Assembly: GCA_965220745.1 (NCBI GenBank)
Contig: CBDCQT010000010.1
Location: 64,001-128,000, forward strand
Length of the DNA stretch: 64,000 nt
Direction of reading: 5' to 3'
Source of the DNA: Alphaproteobacteria bacterium
Lineage (GTDB): Bacteria > Pseudomonadota > Alphaproteobacteria > UBA828
Shown here: positions 39,199-49,195 of the stretch, one piece after another
How the letters are laid out: each line of letters opens with the position of its first letter
Position numbering within the stretch: the first letter of the stretch is position 1
Position numbers and translations under genes: made by a program
The notes under the pieces: generated by a model
What the model was told of the DNA's origin: nothing
The model's database searches: none
Seen by the model: only the letters and a program-made list of their open reading frames with translations

Positions 39199-40791
39199 AT
39201 GAGAACACTACTGAAGTTGCTGTCGGCAGCCTCGCTGGTGGCGGCCCTGGGGGCAATTCCCCAGATCGTCCAGGCCGGCGGTGTGTTGCGTCTGGACGAG
39301 GTCGCGGTCGGCGAGCTCGACCCGGCCAAGGCGACCGACTACGCCGACTCCATCCTGATGTTCAACGTCTACGACACCCTCGTCATCCCGCAGCAGGGCG
39401 CGCCCGGCCACGATCCGCATCTGGCCGCGAGCTGGTCCGGCGAGGGGACGAGCTTCACCTTCACGCTGCGCGATGACGTGACGTTCCAGAGCGGCAATCC
39501 ACTCACCGCCGAGGACGTGGTCTTCTCGCTCGACCGCATGAAGACCATCGGCCAGGGACTTTCCTACCTGTTCGTGAGCGTGGAAGGCGCCGAGGCGGTG
39601 GACTCGCACACCGTGCGCTTCACGCTCTCCGAGCCCTACGCGCCCTTCGTCTCGTCGCTGGTGCGCCTCCCCATCGTCGACAAGCAGCTCGTCATGGCCA
39701 ATCTCGGCGAGGGCGAGGGCGAGATGGGCGACTGGGGCCAGGCCTTCCTTTCCCAGAACGGGGGCGGGACGGGTGCCTATCGGGTGGTCTCGCACAACCC
39801 GCAGGAAGAGACGGTGATGGAGAAGAACGCCGGCTACTTCCTGCCCATCGCCGAGGCGGCGCCGGATACGGCGCGCCTTCGCTACGGGCTCGAGGCGGCG
39901 ACGGTGCGCACGCTCATCGCCCAGGGCGAGCACGACATCTCCTCGCAGTGGGTGCCGCCGGAGGTTCTGGGGGCGCTTGCCGGGGAGGGTGCGCAGCTCC
40001 TCACCGAGGGCGGCGTGACCGGCTTTTACATGAAGCTGAACACGACCAAGCCGCCGCTCGACGACGTGAACTGCCGTCTCGCGCTGGCCAAGGCCTTCGA
40101 CTACGAAGGCGGGGTCAAGATCATCGCGGTCACCGACGAGGTCTCGCAGGGGACGCTCTCCACGGGCGCGATCCCGGCCGCGATGCTGGGCGCCAACCCG
40201 CGCGAGAAGGCGCAGACGCGCGATCTCGATGCGGCGCGGCAGCATCTGGCTGACTGCAAGTACTCGCCGGACGAGTTCACCCTGGAGCTCACCTGGATCG
40301 GCGAGGTGCCGCTGGAAGAGCGCTTCGCGCTGCTCATGCAGGCGAACTTCGCGGAGATCGGCATCAACTCCGAAATCCGCAGGATCCCGTGGGCGCTGTT
40401 CGCCGAGCAGGTGTCGAACTCGGAGACCACGCCGAACGTGTCGCAGGTCTACGTCACCGCGGTGACCGGCGATACCGATACGCTGCTCTACGGCATGTAC
40501 CACTCCAGCGCAGCCGGGACGTGGCAGTCGCCCGAACACCTCAATGACCCCGAGGTGGACCGCCTGCTGGATGCCGGGCGCACAGGAGCGACGCCGGAGG
40601 CGCGGCAGGAGGCCTACTCCGCACTCAACGACAGGCTGATCGCGATCTCGCCCACCATCTACGCGCACGATTCGCAGTCGGTCTTCGCGGCGTCCAACCG
40701 GGTCAAGGTGCCGGCGCTGAGCGATCCGGCGATGGCCTTCGGCCTCGACGGATTCGGCTTCAGCTTCCGCCTCATGGAAATGACCGAGTAA
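39199..40791 (+). CDS. Peptide/nickel-type (family 5) ABC substrate-binding protein
   Basis: Signal peptide, 'LDPA...NVYDTLV', 'FTLRDDVTFQSGNPLTAEDVVFS'. Confidence 0.92.
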   Translation: MRTLLKLLSAASLVAALGAIPQIVQAGGVLRLDEVAVGELDPAKATDYADSILMFNVYDTLVIPQQGAPGHDPHLAASWSGEGTSFTFTLRDDVTFQSGNPLTAEDVVFSLDRMKTIGQGLSYLFVSVEGAEAVDSHTVRFTLSEPYAPFVSSLVRLPIVDKQLVMANLGEGEGEMGDWGQAFLSQNGGGTGAYRVVSHNPQEETVMEKNAGYFLPIAEAAPDTARLRYGLEAATVRTLIAQGEHDISSQWVPPEVLGALAGEGAQLLTEGGVTGFYMKLNTTKPPLDDVNCRLALAKAFDYEGGVKIIAVTDEVSQGTLSTGAIPAAMLGANPREKAQTRDLDAARQHLADCKYSPDEFTLELTWIGEVPLEERFALLMQANFAEIGINSEIRRIPWALFAEQVSNSETTPNVSQVYVTAVTGDTDTLLYGMYHSSAAGTWQSPEHLNDPEVDRLLDAGRTGATPEARQEAYSALNDRLIAISPTIYAHDSQSVFAASNRVKVPALSDPAMAFGLDGFGFSFRLMEMTE

Positions 40792-40851
40792 CGGTCAACG
40801 ACGGGGCGGGCATGCTGTCGACCTGCCCGCCCCGTCGTTTAGAGTGGGGGC

Positions 40852-41877
40852 GTGACGCCGACGATCCTCATTTTTGTACGACGCGTCGGGATCTCCTGCA
40901 TCGTCCTGCTGGGGGTCTCGATGCTGATCTTCGCGATCGCCCGGGTCATCCCGGGCGATCCCGCGCGCATTGCGCTCGGGCCGAGCGCCACCGCAGAGCA
41001 GGTCGCCAAGCTGCGCGCGGAGCTCCGCCTCGACGAGCCGATCACGACCCAGTACGGGCACTTCCTGAGCGAGCTCGCGCAGGGCGACCTCGGCATCTCG
41101 CTCTACACCAACCGGCCCGTGGTGGTGGACATCGCGCAGTTTCTGCCGGCCACGCTGGAGCTGATCTTCGTTGCCGGCGCGATGATGATCGTGATCGGGC
41201 TTCCGCTCGGCATCGCGTCCGCCCGCTGGCGAGGCACCTGGATCGACAACGCCATCCGAATGATCGCCCTGCTCGGGGTCTCGGCGCCGAGCTTCGTCTG
41301 GGCCGTGATTCTGATGCTGCTGTTCGCGTACTTCCTGCCGCTCTTCCCCATCGCCGGCCGCATCTCCGACACCTTTGCCATCGAGCAGGTCACCGGCTTC
41401 CTGTTCCTCGACACGCTGATCGCCGGCAACCTCGCGGCCTTCGGCAACGCCGCCTGGCACGTCATCCTGCCTGCCTTCGCGCTCGCGCTCTCGGGCATCG
41501 GGCAGACCGCGCGGCTCACGCGCGCCAACATGGTGGAGACCTACGACAAGCCCTACGTCGAGATGGCGCGCTCCTACGGCGTGCCGGACCGCCGCATCGC
41601 CAACCGATACGCCTTCAAGCCCTCGCTGATTCCGTCGCTCACGATCATCGGGCTCGACTTCGCGGCCATGCTCGGCAACGCATTTCTGGTGGAGGCGGTG
41701 TTCGCCTGGCCCGGCCTCTCGCGCTACGGCGTCTCGGTGATCCTGCGCAAGGACCTGGATGCCATCGTCGGCACGGTGCTCATCATCTCGGCGACCTTCC
41801 TGATCATGAACCTGATCGTCGATGTGCTGGTCACCATCATCAACCCGCGCATCCGCTATTCGAGGACCGCGTCGTGA
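40852..41877 (+). CDS. ABC permease (DppB-like)
   Basis: 'IPGDPARIALG', 'GDLGISLY', EAA loop 'YVEMARSYG'. Confidence 0.92.
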   Translation: MTPTILIFVRRVGISCIVLLGVSMLIFAIARVIPGDPARIALGPSATAEQVAKLRAELRLDEPITTQYGHFLSELAQGDLGISLYTNRPVVVDIAQFLPATLELIFVAGAMMIVIGLPLGIASARWRGTWIDNAIRMIALLGVSAPSFVWAVILMLLFAYFLPLFPIAGRISDTFAIEQVTGFLFLDTLIAGNLAAFGNAAWHVILPAFALALSGIGQTARLTRANMVETYDKPYVEMARSYGVPDRRIANRYAFKPSLIPSLTIIGLDFAAMLGNAFLVEAVFAWPGLSRYGVSVILRKDLDAIVGTVLIISATFLIMNLIVDVLVTIINPRIRYSRTAS

Positions 41878-42707
41878 GGCGAGCGTTCGCGATACTGGCC
41901 TCGAATCCGCTCTCGCTGCTCGGGCTGATCCTGATCGGCATCATCCTGATCTGCGCCATCTTCGCGGACTTCATTGCGCCCTTCCCGGAGCATCGCGGCG
42001 CGGTGGTCGACTTCGCGAACTTCAATCAGGCGCCGCGTTGGCCGCACCTGATGGGGACCGACCTGGTCGGCCGCGATCTTTTCAGCCGTGTCATCTACGC
42101 CTACCGGATCTCGCTGATCCTGGGCGTGGTGGTGCTCGGCATCGCCGTTCCCGTGGGCGTCACGGTCGGGCTGATCGCCGGCTACTTCGGACGCTACACC
42201 GAGTTCGCGCTGATGCGCGTGACCGATGTCTTCCTCTCGATCCCGCCGCTGGTCCTCGCCATGTCGATCATGGGCGTGCTGGAGCCGACGCTAATCAACG
42301 GAATGCTGGCGGTCACCGCGATGTGGTGGCCGTGGTACGCCAGGCTCGTCTACAACATGACGCGAGGGGAGAAGGAGGAGGGCTACGTGCTCGCGGCCGA
42401 GCTGATCGGCGCCTCGCGCCTGCACGTGATGTTCCGCGAGGTTCTGCCCAACTGCTTCCCCTCCATCGTCACCAAGATGACGCTCGATCTCGGCTTTATC
42501 ATCCTGATCGCGTCGTCGCTCTCCTTCCTCGGCCTCGGCGTGCAGCCGCCGACACCGGACCTCGGCTCGATGGTGGCCGACGGCGCGAAGTACCTGCCCG
42601 ATTCCTGGTGGCTCACCATCTTTCCGAGCCTTGCGATCCTGATTGCGGTGTTCGGCTTCAACCTCATCGGCGACGCCTTGCGCGAGCTCTTTGGGGCCGA
42701 TCAATGA
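41874..42707 (+). CDS. ABC permease (DppC-like)
   Basis: 'HLMGTDLVGRDLFSRV', 'LSFLGLGVQPPTPDLG'; GTG start overlapping upstream stop. Confidence 0.92.
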   Translation: MRRAFAILASNPLSLLGLILIGIILICAIFADFIAPFPEHRGAVVDFANFNQAPRWPHLMGTDLVGRDLFSRVIYAYRISLILGVVVLGIAVPVGVTVGLIAGYFGRYTEFALMRVTDVFLSIPPLVLAMSIMGVLEPTLINGMLAVTAMWWPWYARLVYNMTRGEKEEGYVLAAELIGASRLHVMFREVLPNCFPSIVTKMTLDLGFIILIASSLSFLGLGVQPPTPDLGSMVADGAKYLPDSWWLTIFPSLAILIAVFGFNLIGDALRELFGADQ

Positions 42708-43582
42708 CCGTGCCGACGCTGGACATCCGCGACCTCTGGCTGGGCTTCAGAACCTACGAGGCCTATGTCGAGGTGCTGCACGGGATCTCGCTCACCATCC
42801 AGCCGGGCGAGCGGGTGGCGCTGGTGGGCGAATCCGGCTCGGGCAAGTCGGTCACCGCGCGCATCGTCCTCGGCCTGCTGCAACTGCTGCGCTCGGCGCG
42901 GATTTCCGGGAACGTCGTCTTCGAGGGGCGCGATCTCGACCGGCTGTCGGCGCGAGAGCGCCAGCGGCTGCGCGGCACCCGCATGACCATGGTGTTCCAG
43001 GACCCGACCTCGTCGCTCAACCCGGTCTATCGGATCGGCACCCAGTTCCACGAAGTGCTGAGACGGGCAGAGCCCAAAATCAACGAGCACGCGGCCAGGG
43101 AGCGCGCGGCGCAGATGCTGCTGGAGGTCTCCATCGACGACCCGGACCGGGTGTTCGAGTCCTATCCCTTCCAGCTTTCGGGCGGCATGAACCAGCGGGT
43201 GATGATCGCGATGGCGCTCGCCAACGAGCCTGCGCTGCTCATCGCCGACGAGCCCGGCACCGCGCTCGACGTGACCGTGCAGGCCCAGACGCTCAAGCTG
43301 ATGCGCGAACTGGTTGAGCATCACCACACGTCGGTGCTGTTCATCTCCCACAACCTCGGTGTGGTGCGTGAATTCGCGGACCGGGTCTACGTGATCTACA
43401 AGGGCCGGATCGTCGAGCAAGGGCCCTGCGCTTCAGTTTTCGAGCGCCCCGGCCACGCCTACACGCGTGCGCTCATGGCGGCGGTGCCGCGTATCACCGG
43501 CGGCGGGCTGCCGGACATCGGCGACGAGCCGCGCGACTTCTCGCAGCCCCTGGTCGTCCACGAGAGCGGAGGCTACGCATGA
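42704..43582 (+). CDS. ABC ATP-binding protein (DppD-like)
   Basis: GESGSGKS, 'FQDPTSSLNP', LSGGMNQR. Confidence 0.92.
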   Translation: MTVPTLDIRDLWLGFRTYEAYVEVLHGISLTIQPGERVALVGESGSGKSVTARIVLGLLQLLRSARISGNVVFEGRDLDRLSARERQRLRGTRMTMVFQDPTSSLNPVYRIGTQFHEVLRRAEPKINEHAARERAAQMLLEVSIDDPDRVFESYPFQLSGGMNQRVMIAMALANEPALLIADEPGTALDVTVQAQTLKLMRELVEHHHTSVLFISHNLGVVREFADRVYVIYKGRIVEQGPCASVFERPGHAYTRALMAAVPRITGGGLPDIGDEPRDFSQPLVVHESGGYA

Positions 43583-44391
43583 GCCCGCCGCTGCTCGAAG
43601 TGCACGGCGCGAGCAAGGTGTTCCGGCTGGAGGATCGCGAGGTCCCTGCCCTGCTCGATGTCTCGTTCGATGTCCGGGAGGGCGAGTGTCTCGCCATCGT
43701 GGGCGAATCCGGTGCCGGCAAGACCACGGTCGCCAACCTGATCCTCGGTGTCTATCCGCCGACCGCCGGCGCCATCCTGATGCACGGCGAGCCTTTGCCC
43801 GCCCGCCGGCGCCGCGAGCACCGGCGCGCCATCCAGCTGGTGCAGCAGAACCCGCTTTCCACGCTCAACCCGAAACGCACCGTCGGCGCCTCGCTCCGCC
43901 TTGCGCTGGATGTGCACCGCATCGGCGAGCGGCGCGAGCGGCCTGAGATCGTGGCGACGCTGCTGGAAGAGGTGGGCCTACCCGGCGACTTCGCGCGGCG
44001 CTATCCCGCAGCGCTCTCCGGCGGGCAGCGGCAGCGGGTCGCGGTCGCCCGCGCGCTGGCCTGCCGCTCGGAGCTGGTGGTGCTGGACGAGCCCACCTCC
44101 TCGCTAGACGTGCTGGTGCAGGCGCGCGTGCTGCGGCTGCTGGAGGAGCTGAAGCCGCGGCGCGGGCTCACCTATCTCTTCATCACCCACGATCTCTCAG
44201 TGGTGCGCAACTTCGCCGATCGTGTCGCGGTGTTCGAGAAGGGCCGCCTGCTGGAAATCGGCGTGACTGAGGCGCTGTTCGCAGAACCCGAGCACCCCTA
44301 CACGCGGCGCCTCATCAGCGCCGTGCCGGTGATCTCCCGCGAGGAGGAGATGGTCCGCGACCGGCTCGCAGAAGGAAGGCTCGACGCATGA
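43579..44391 (+). CDS. ABC ATP-binding protein (DppF-like)
   Basis: GESGAGKT, LSGGQRQR, 'PEHPYTRRL'. Confidence 0.92.
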   Translation: MSPPLLEVHGASKVFRLEDREVPALLDVSFDVREGECLAIVGESGAGKTTVANLILGVYPPTAGAILMHGEPLPARRRREHRRAIQLVQQNPLSTLNPKRTVGASLRLALDVHRIGERRERPEIVATLLEEVGLPGDFARRYPAALSGGQRQRVAVARALACRSELVVLDEPTSSLDVLVQARVLRLLEELKPRRGLTYLFITHDLSVVRNFADRVAVFEKGRLLEIGVTEALFAEPEHPYTRRLISAVPVISREEEMVRDRLAEGRLDA

Positions 44392-44470
44392 ACCCGTCGA
44401 TGACTGTCGCCCCCTCCTCACCCCGGCCCTCTCCTCCCCTCGATTTCCCTTGCCCCGAGGAAGTCCGCTG

Positions 44471-46543
44471 ATGACCAAGACCATCCGCGTCGCCACCGAT
44501 GTCGGCGGCACGTTCACCGATCTTCTGGTTCTCGAATCCGACGACGCCAATGGCACGTCGACCGTCCGCAGCGCCAAGGCCGACACCACCCCCGGCGGCT
44601 ACGAGGAGGGCGTGTTCGACGTGATGGCCAAGGGTGGCGTCGCTGCGGACGCGATCGACTTCCTCGCCCACGGCACCACGGTGGTCATCAACGCGCTGAC
44701 CGAGCGCACCGGCGTCAAGGTCGGGCTGGTTACCACGCAGGGCTTTCGCGACACGCTGGAGATCGCGCGCGGCAACCGACCCGACTTCTTCAACCTGCAT
44801 TATCAGAAGCCCGCGCCCTTCGTGCCGCGCAGCCTGCGCCGCGAGCTGCCGGGCCGTATGGACTACCACGGGCAGGAAATGCAGCCTCTTGACCTCCGCC
44901 CCTTGCCGGAGATCGTCGCCGACTTCCAGGCGGAAGGCGTGGAGGCGGTCGCGGTCTGCTTCATCCACGCCTACGCCAATCCGGCGCACGAGCAGGCGGC
45001 GCTCGCGGAACTCGAGCGGCTCTGGCCGGAGGTCTCCGCCATCTCCTCCCACCAGATCACGCGCGAATGGCGGGAATATGAGCGCACCAGCACCGCCGTG
45101 CTCTCGGCCTACGTGCAGCCGGTAGCGGAGCGCTACCTGCAGCGCCTCGATGCCGGCCTCGCGGAGCGCGATTTCGGCGGCGGGCTCTACATCATGCAGT
45201 CCAACTGCGGCGTCGATTCGGTGGACACGGTCTCGCGCATCCCGATCACGATGGTGGAATCGGGGCCGGCCTCGGGCGTCTGGGGCGCGGCCGAGCTTGG
45301 CCGCCTGATCGGCGAGCCCAACGTGCTCGCGCTCGACATCGGCGGCACCACCGCCAAGTGCTCGCTGATCGAGGACGCGCGCGTGCGCATCAAGACCGAC
45401 TACTGGATCGGGCGGAGCCGCGCCACGGCCGGCTATCCGATCATGGTGCCGGTGGTCGATCTGGTGGAGATCGGCAACGGCGGCGGCTCCATCGCCTGGG
45501 TCGACGACTTCGGCAAGCTGCGGGTGGGGCCGCGCTCCGCAGGCGCCATGCCGGGCCCGGCGGCCTACGGGCGCGGCGGGATGGAAGCGACCACGACCGA
45601 CGCCAACCTCTGGCTCGGCCGCATCAACCGCGACTACTTCTGCGGCGGGGCGGTGGAGGCCGACATGGACGCGGTGCAGAAGGCCATCGAGGCGGTGGGC
45701 GCCCGGCTCGGCGTGGACGCCGACGAGGCCGCCCGCGGCATCGTGCGCATCGCCAACAACAACATGGTCAACGCGCTCAAGCTGGTCTCGGTCAACCGGG
45801 GCTTCGATCCGCGCGACTTCACCCTGATCGCCTTCGGCGGCGGCGGCGCGATGCACGCGGTGGCGCTGGCGCAGGAGCTGGGCGTGACCAAGGTGGTGGT
45901 GCCGGCCGATGCCTCGGTGTTCTCCGCCTGGGGCATGATGATGTCCGACCTGCGCCGCGACGACGTGGTGACGCTGCTCGTGGATCTCGACGCCGAACAC
46001 GCGGACGCCATCGAGGCTGCGTTCGCCGAGACCGAGGAGCGCGCCCGCGACCGCTTCGCCTCGGAAGGCGTCGATGCCGGCGCGGTCCGGCTCTCGCGCT
46101 TCGGCCGCTTCCGCTACCAGAACCAGGAGCACACCACCGAGGTGCCCCTGGGCGCGGACCCGGTGACGGCGGAGCGCGTCGCCGCCATCGAGGCCGACTT
46201 CCACGAGACCTACGAGCGCGAATACACTTACAGGCTGGATGCGCCGGTGGAGATGGTGGGCTTCCACGTCGTTGCCAGGGTCGAGATCGGCAAGCTCACC
46301 ATGACGCGGCGCGAGGTCACGGGACGGGCGCTCGACGAGGCACGGAAGGGGAACCGCCCCGTCGATTACGCGCTCGAAGGCGTGCGCGAGGCGGCCATCT
46401 ACGACGGCGAGAGGCTGGAGCCTGGCATGGCCTTCGACGGGCCGGCCATCGTCGAGGATCCGGGGACGACCGTGGTGGTGCATCCGGGCAACCACGCCGA
46501 GGTCGACGACTTCGGTAACATTCGCATTCACATCCGCAACTGA
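44471..46543 (+). CDS. Hydantoinase A/oxoprolinase family protein
   Basis: 'TDVGGTFTD', 'HGTTV', 'ESGPASG', 'DIGGTT', 'GNGGGS'. Confidence 0.92.
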   Translation: MTKTIRVATDVGGTFTDLLVLESDDANGTSTVRSAKADTTPGGYEEGVFDVMAKGGVAADAIDFLAHGTTVVINALTERTGVKVGLVTTQGFRDTLEIARGNRPDFFNLHYQKPAPFVPRSLRRELPGRMDYHGQEMQPLDLRPLPEIVADFQAEGVEAVAVCFIHAYANPAHEQAALAELERLWPEVSAISSHQITREWREYERTSTAVLSAYVQPVAERYLQRLDAGLAERDFGGGLYIMQSNCGVDSVDTVSRIPITMVESGPASGVWGAAELGRLIGEPNVLALDIGGTTAKCSLIEDARVRIKTDYWIGRSRATAGYPIMVPVVDLVEIGNGGGSIAWVDDFGKLRVGPRSAGAMPGPAAYGRGGMEATTTDANLWLGRINRDYFCGGAVEADMDAVQKAIEAVGARLGVDADEAARGIVRIANNNMVNALKLVSVNRGFDPRDFTLIAFGGGGAMHAVALAQELGVTKVVVPADASVFSAWGMMMSDLRRDDVVTLLVDLDAEHADAIEAAFAETEERARDRFASEGVDAGAVRLSRFGRFRYQNQEHTTEVPLGADPVTAERVAAIEADFHETYEREYTYRLDAPVEMVGFHVVARVEIGKLTMTRREVTGRALDEARKGNRPVDYALEGVREAAIYDGERLEPGMAFDGPAIVEDPGTTVVVHPGNHAEVDDFGNIRIHIRN

Positions 46544-46562
46544 GCGAGACGGCGGCAGCACG

Positions 46563-48230
46563 ATGAACGCGATGACCAACGATCCGATCACCCTCGAGAT
46601 CATCCAGAACTCGCTGCAGAGCGCAGCCGACGAGATGTTCGCCGCCATGAGGAAGACGGCGATGAGTTCGATCATCTACGAGGTGCTCGACATGGGCACC
46701 GGAATTACCGACGCCAGGGGCGAGATCGCCTGCTCCGGCGCCGGCATCCCGGCCTTCGTCGGCGTGCTCGACAAGGCGGTGGCGGTGATCGTGGAGAAGT
46801 TCGACGAGCCCGGCGCCATCGAGCCCGGCGACGTCTTCGTCACCAACGACCCCTACTACGGCGGGGTGACGCACCTGAACGACATCGTGGTCGCGATGCC
46901 GGTCTTCGCCGACGGCCGGATCATCGCCTGGACCTCGAACATCGCGCACAACTCCGACGTGGGCGGCATGGCGCCGGGCTCGCTCACAGGCGAGGCGACG
47001 GAGATCTTCCAGGAAGGACTCAGGCTGCCGGCCATCAAGATGATCTCCAGGGGCGAGCCGATCCGGCCGGTGTTCGAGATCATCAAGGTCAACTCGCGCA
47101 TGCCCGACGTGCTCGAAGGCGACGTCTGGGCGGCGATCGCGTCCGTCCGTATCGGCACCGCGCGGCTCACGGAGATCGCCGAAAAATATGGCGCCGCCAC
47201 CTTCGAGCAGGCGATGACGGCCTTCATGGAATACGGCGAGTGGGTCTCCCGCGCGGCGCTCACGACGCTGCCCAAGGGCACCTTCTCGCTCGCGGAAGAG
47301 CAGGACGACGGCCAGGTGTACAACGTCGAGATCGCCATCCGGGACGAGGAGTTCGTGGTCGATCTCAGGAACAACCCCGACCAGGCAACCAACCCGGTCA
47401 ACACCAGCCGGGACGGGGTGATGGTGGCGGCGCAGATGATCTTCAAGTCGCTGACCGACCCCTATTCGCCGTGCAACGCGGGCTCCTTCCGCCCGATCCG
47501 CCTGCTGACGCGCGAGGGCTCGGTGTTCCACGCCGAGGAGCCGGCGCCCATCGGCTTCTATTACGAGATCGACCTGCGCGCCTACGATCTGATGTGGCGC
47601 TGCCTCGCCCAGCACATGCCGGAGCGCCTGGCGGCGGGGCATTTCGCCTCGGTGTGCGGCACCTTCATCGGCGGCATCCACCCGGATACCGGCCGCCAGT
47701 ACACGATCATCGAGCCGCAGCTCGGCGGCTGGGGCGGCCGCGAGGGCCGCGACGGCAACAATGCGATGTTCTGCGGCTTCCACGGCGAGACCTTCAACTG
47801 CCCGGCTGAGGTCAACGAAGCCCGCAACGGCCTCTACGTCGACCAGATGGCGCTCAACCTGGAGCCCGGCGGCGAGGGCCAGTACACCGGCGGGCGCGGC
47901 ATCGTCATGGACTATCGCGTGCGCGCCAACGACGGATTCCTGACAGTCGGCTACACGCGCTCCAAGTTCCCCGCCTGGGCGCTCGACGGCGGCAACGAGG
48001 GCTCGCCCAACTACGTCGAGTTCATTCCGAACGAGGGCGAGCGCCAGCGCTTCGCCTTCGTCTCCGGCCTCAAGACGCAGCGGGACGACGTGATCCGCGT
48101 GGTGACCGGCAACGGCGGCGGATTCGGCGACCCGAAGAAGCGCGATCCTGCGCGCGTGCGCCGGGACGTGCGGAACGGCCTGATCAGCGCCGAGCGCGCG
48201 CGGGAGGTCTACGGCGTGACGATTGAGTAA
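46563..48230 (+). CDS. Hydantoinase B/oxoprolinase family protein
   Basis: 'NDPYYGGVTHLND', 'AHNSDVGG', 'TGNGGGFGDP'. Confidence 0.92.
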   Translation: MNAMTNDPITLEIIQNSLQSAADEMFAAMRKTAMSSIIYEVLDMGTGITDARGEIACSGAGIPAFVGVLDKAVAVIVEKFDEPGAIEPGDVFVTNDPYYGGVTHLNDIVVAMPVFADGRIIAWTSNIAHNSDVGGMAPGSLTGEATEIFQEGLRLPAIKMISRGEPIRPVFEIIKVNSRMPDVLEGDVWAAIASVRIGTARLTEIAEKYGAATFEQAMTAFMEYGEWVSRAALTTLPKGTFSLAEEQDDGQVYNVEIAIRDEEFVVDLRNNPDQATNPVNTSRDGVMVAAQMIFKSLTDPYSPCNAGSFRPIRLLTREGSVFHAEEPAPIGFYYEIDLRAYDLMWRCLAQHMPERLAAGHFASVCGTFIGGIHPDTGRQYTIIEPQLGGWGGREGRDGNNAMFCGFHGETFNCPAEVNEARNGLYVDQMALNLEPGGEGQYTGGRGIVMDYRVRANDGFLTVGYTRSKFPAWALDGGNEGSPNYVEFIPNEGERQRFAFVSGLKTQRDDVIRVVTGNGGGFGDPKKRDPARVRRDVRNGLISAERAREVYGVTIE

Positions 48231-48265
48231 TTCGAGACAGTCGATTCGGACAACGGGAGGACCGC

Positions 48266-49075
48266 ATGAAGGCCAACGCCCCCCTCAAGCTGATGTACCT
48301 CAACCCGGTCGGCACCGATGCCTACGATGCCGTCTTCGCCGACATGGCACGCACCTACAAGCAGCCCGGCACGGAGGTGCACATCACCTGCCTTGCGGAT
48401 CCGGGCGGCAGCTTCACCCACATCGAATACCGCGCCTACGAGACCATCGTCTCGCGCGGGATCATCCGGGCGACGCGGCAGGCGGCGCGCGAGGGCTTCG
48501 ATGCGCTCGCCATCGGCTGCTTCTACGACACCGGGCTGCACGATGCCCGCGAGATTTCGGGCGAGATGATCGTGACCGCGCCCTGCCTCGCCTCCTGCGA
48601 GATCGCGGCGAGCCTCGCCAACCGCTTCGGCATCATCGTCGGCCGGCGCAAGTGGGTGAACCAGATGAACGCGGTTGCGCGCGAACACGGCTACGGCGAG
48701 CGCCTCAGCGGCTTCTACCACGTGGAGCTCGGGGTCAACGACTTCCAGACCGATCACGCGGAGACCGAGCGCCGGCTGGTCGCGGCGGGGCGCAAGGCGG
48801 TGGAAGAGGACTACGCCGAGGCGCTCATCCTCGGCTGCACGCTGGAGATCGGATTCTACCGCGAGGTGGAAAGGGCGGTCGGTGTCCCCGTCATCGACCC
48901 CTCCATCGCGGCTATGAAGCGCGCCGAGTACGCCGCGAACCTCAAGCGCCAGTGCGGCTGGGTGCCGAGCCGCATGTGGTCCTGCGAGGCGCCGCCGGAG
49001 GAGGAGATCGCGCGCTTCGGCGGCTTCGACGATGGCGATGCCTTCGCCCAGCGTCTCGTCGTTGAGGCGGAGTGA
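48266..49075 (+). CDS. Asp/Glu/hydantoin racemase family protein
   Basis: Two catalytic Cys: 'IGCFYDTG' and 'ILGCT', plus 'GVPVIDP'. Confidence 0.88.
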   Translation: MKANAPLKLMYLNPVGTDAYDAVFADMARTYKQPGTEVHITCLADPGGSFTHIEYRAYETIVSRGIIRATRQAAREGFDALAIGCFYDTGLHDAREISGEMIVTAPCLASCEIAASLANRFGIIVGRRKWVNQMNAVAREHGYGERLSGFYHVELGVNDFQTDHAETERRLVAAGRKAVEEDYAEALILGCTLEIGFYREVERAVGVPVIDPSIAAMKRAEYAANLKRQCGWVPSRMWSCEAPPEEEIARFGGFDDGDAFAQRLVVEAE

Positions 49076-49195
49076 CGGATGGATGGCGTAACAATCGCGT
49101 GTGATACGCCGATAAGACGACCCTTCCCAGGTGCAGGAGGCGTTTGGAGGCGCCATACTTGACCCGCTGAGGCAATCGAGCGGCATGATCCGGTC

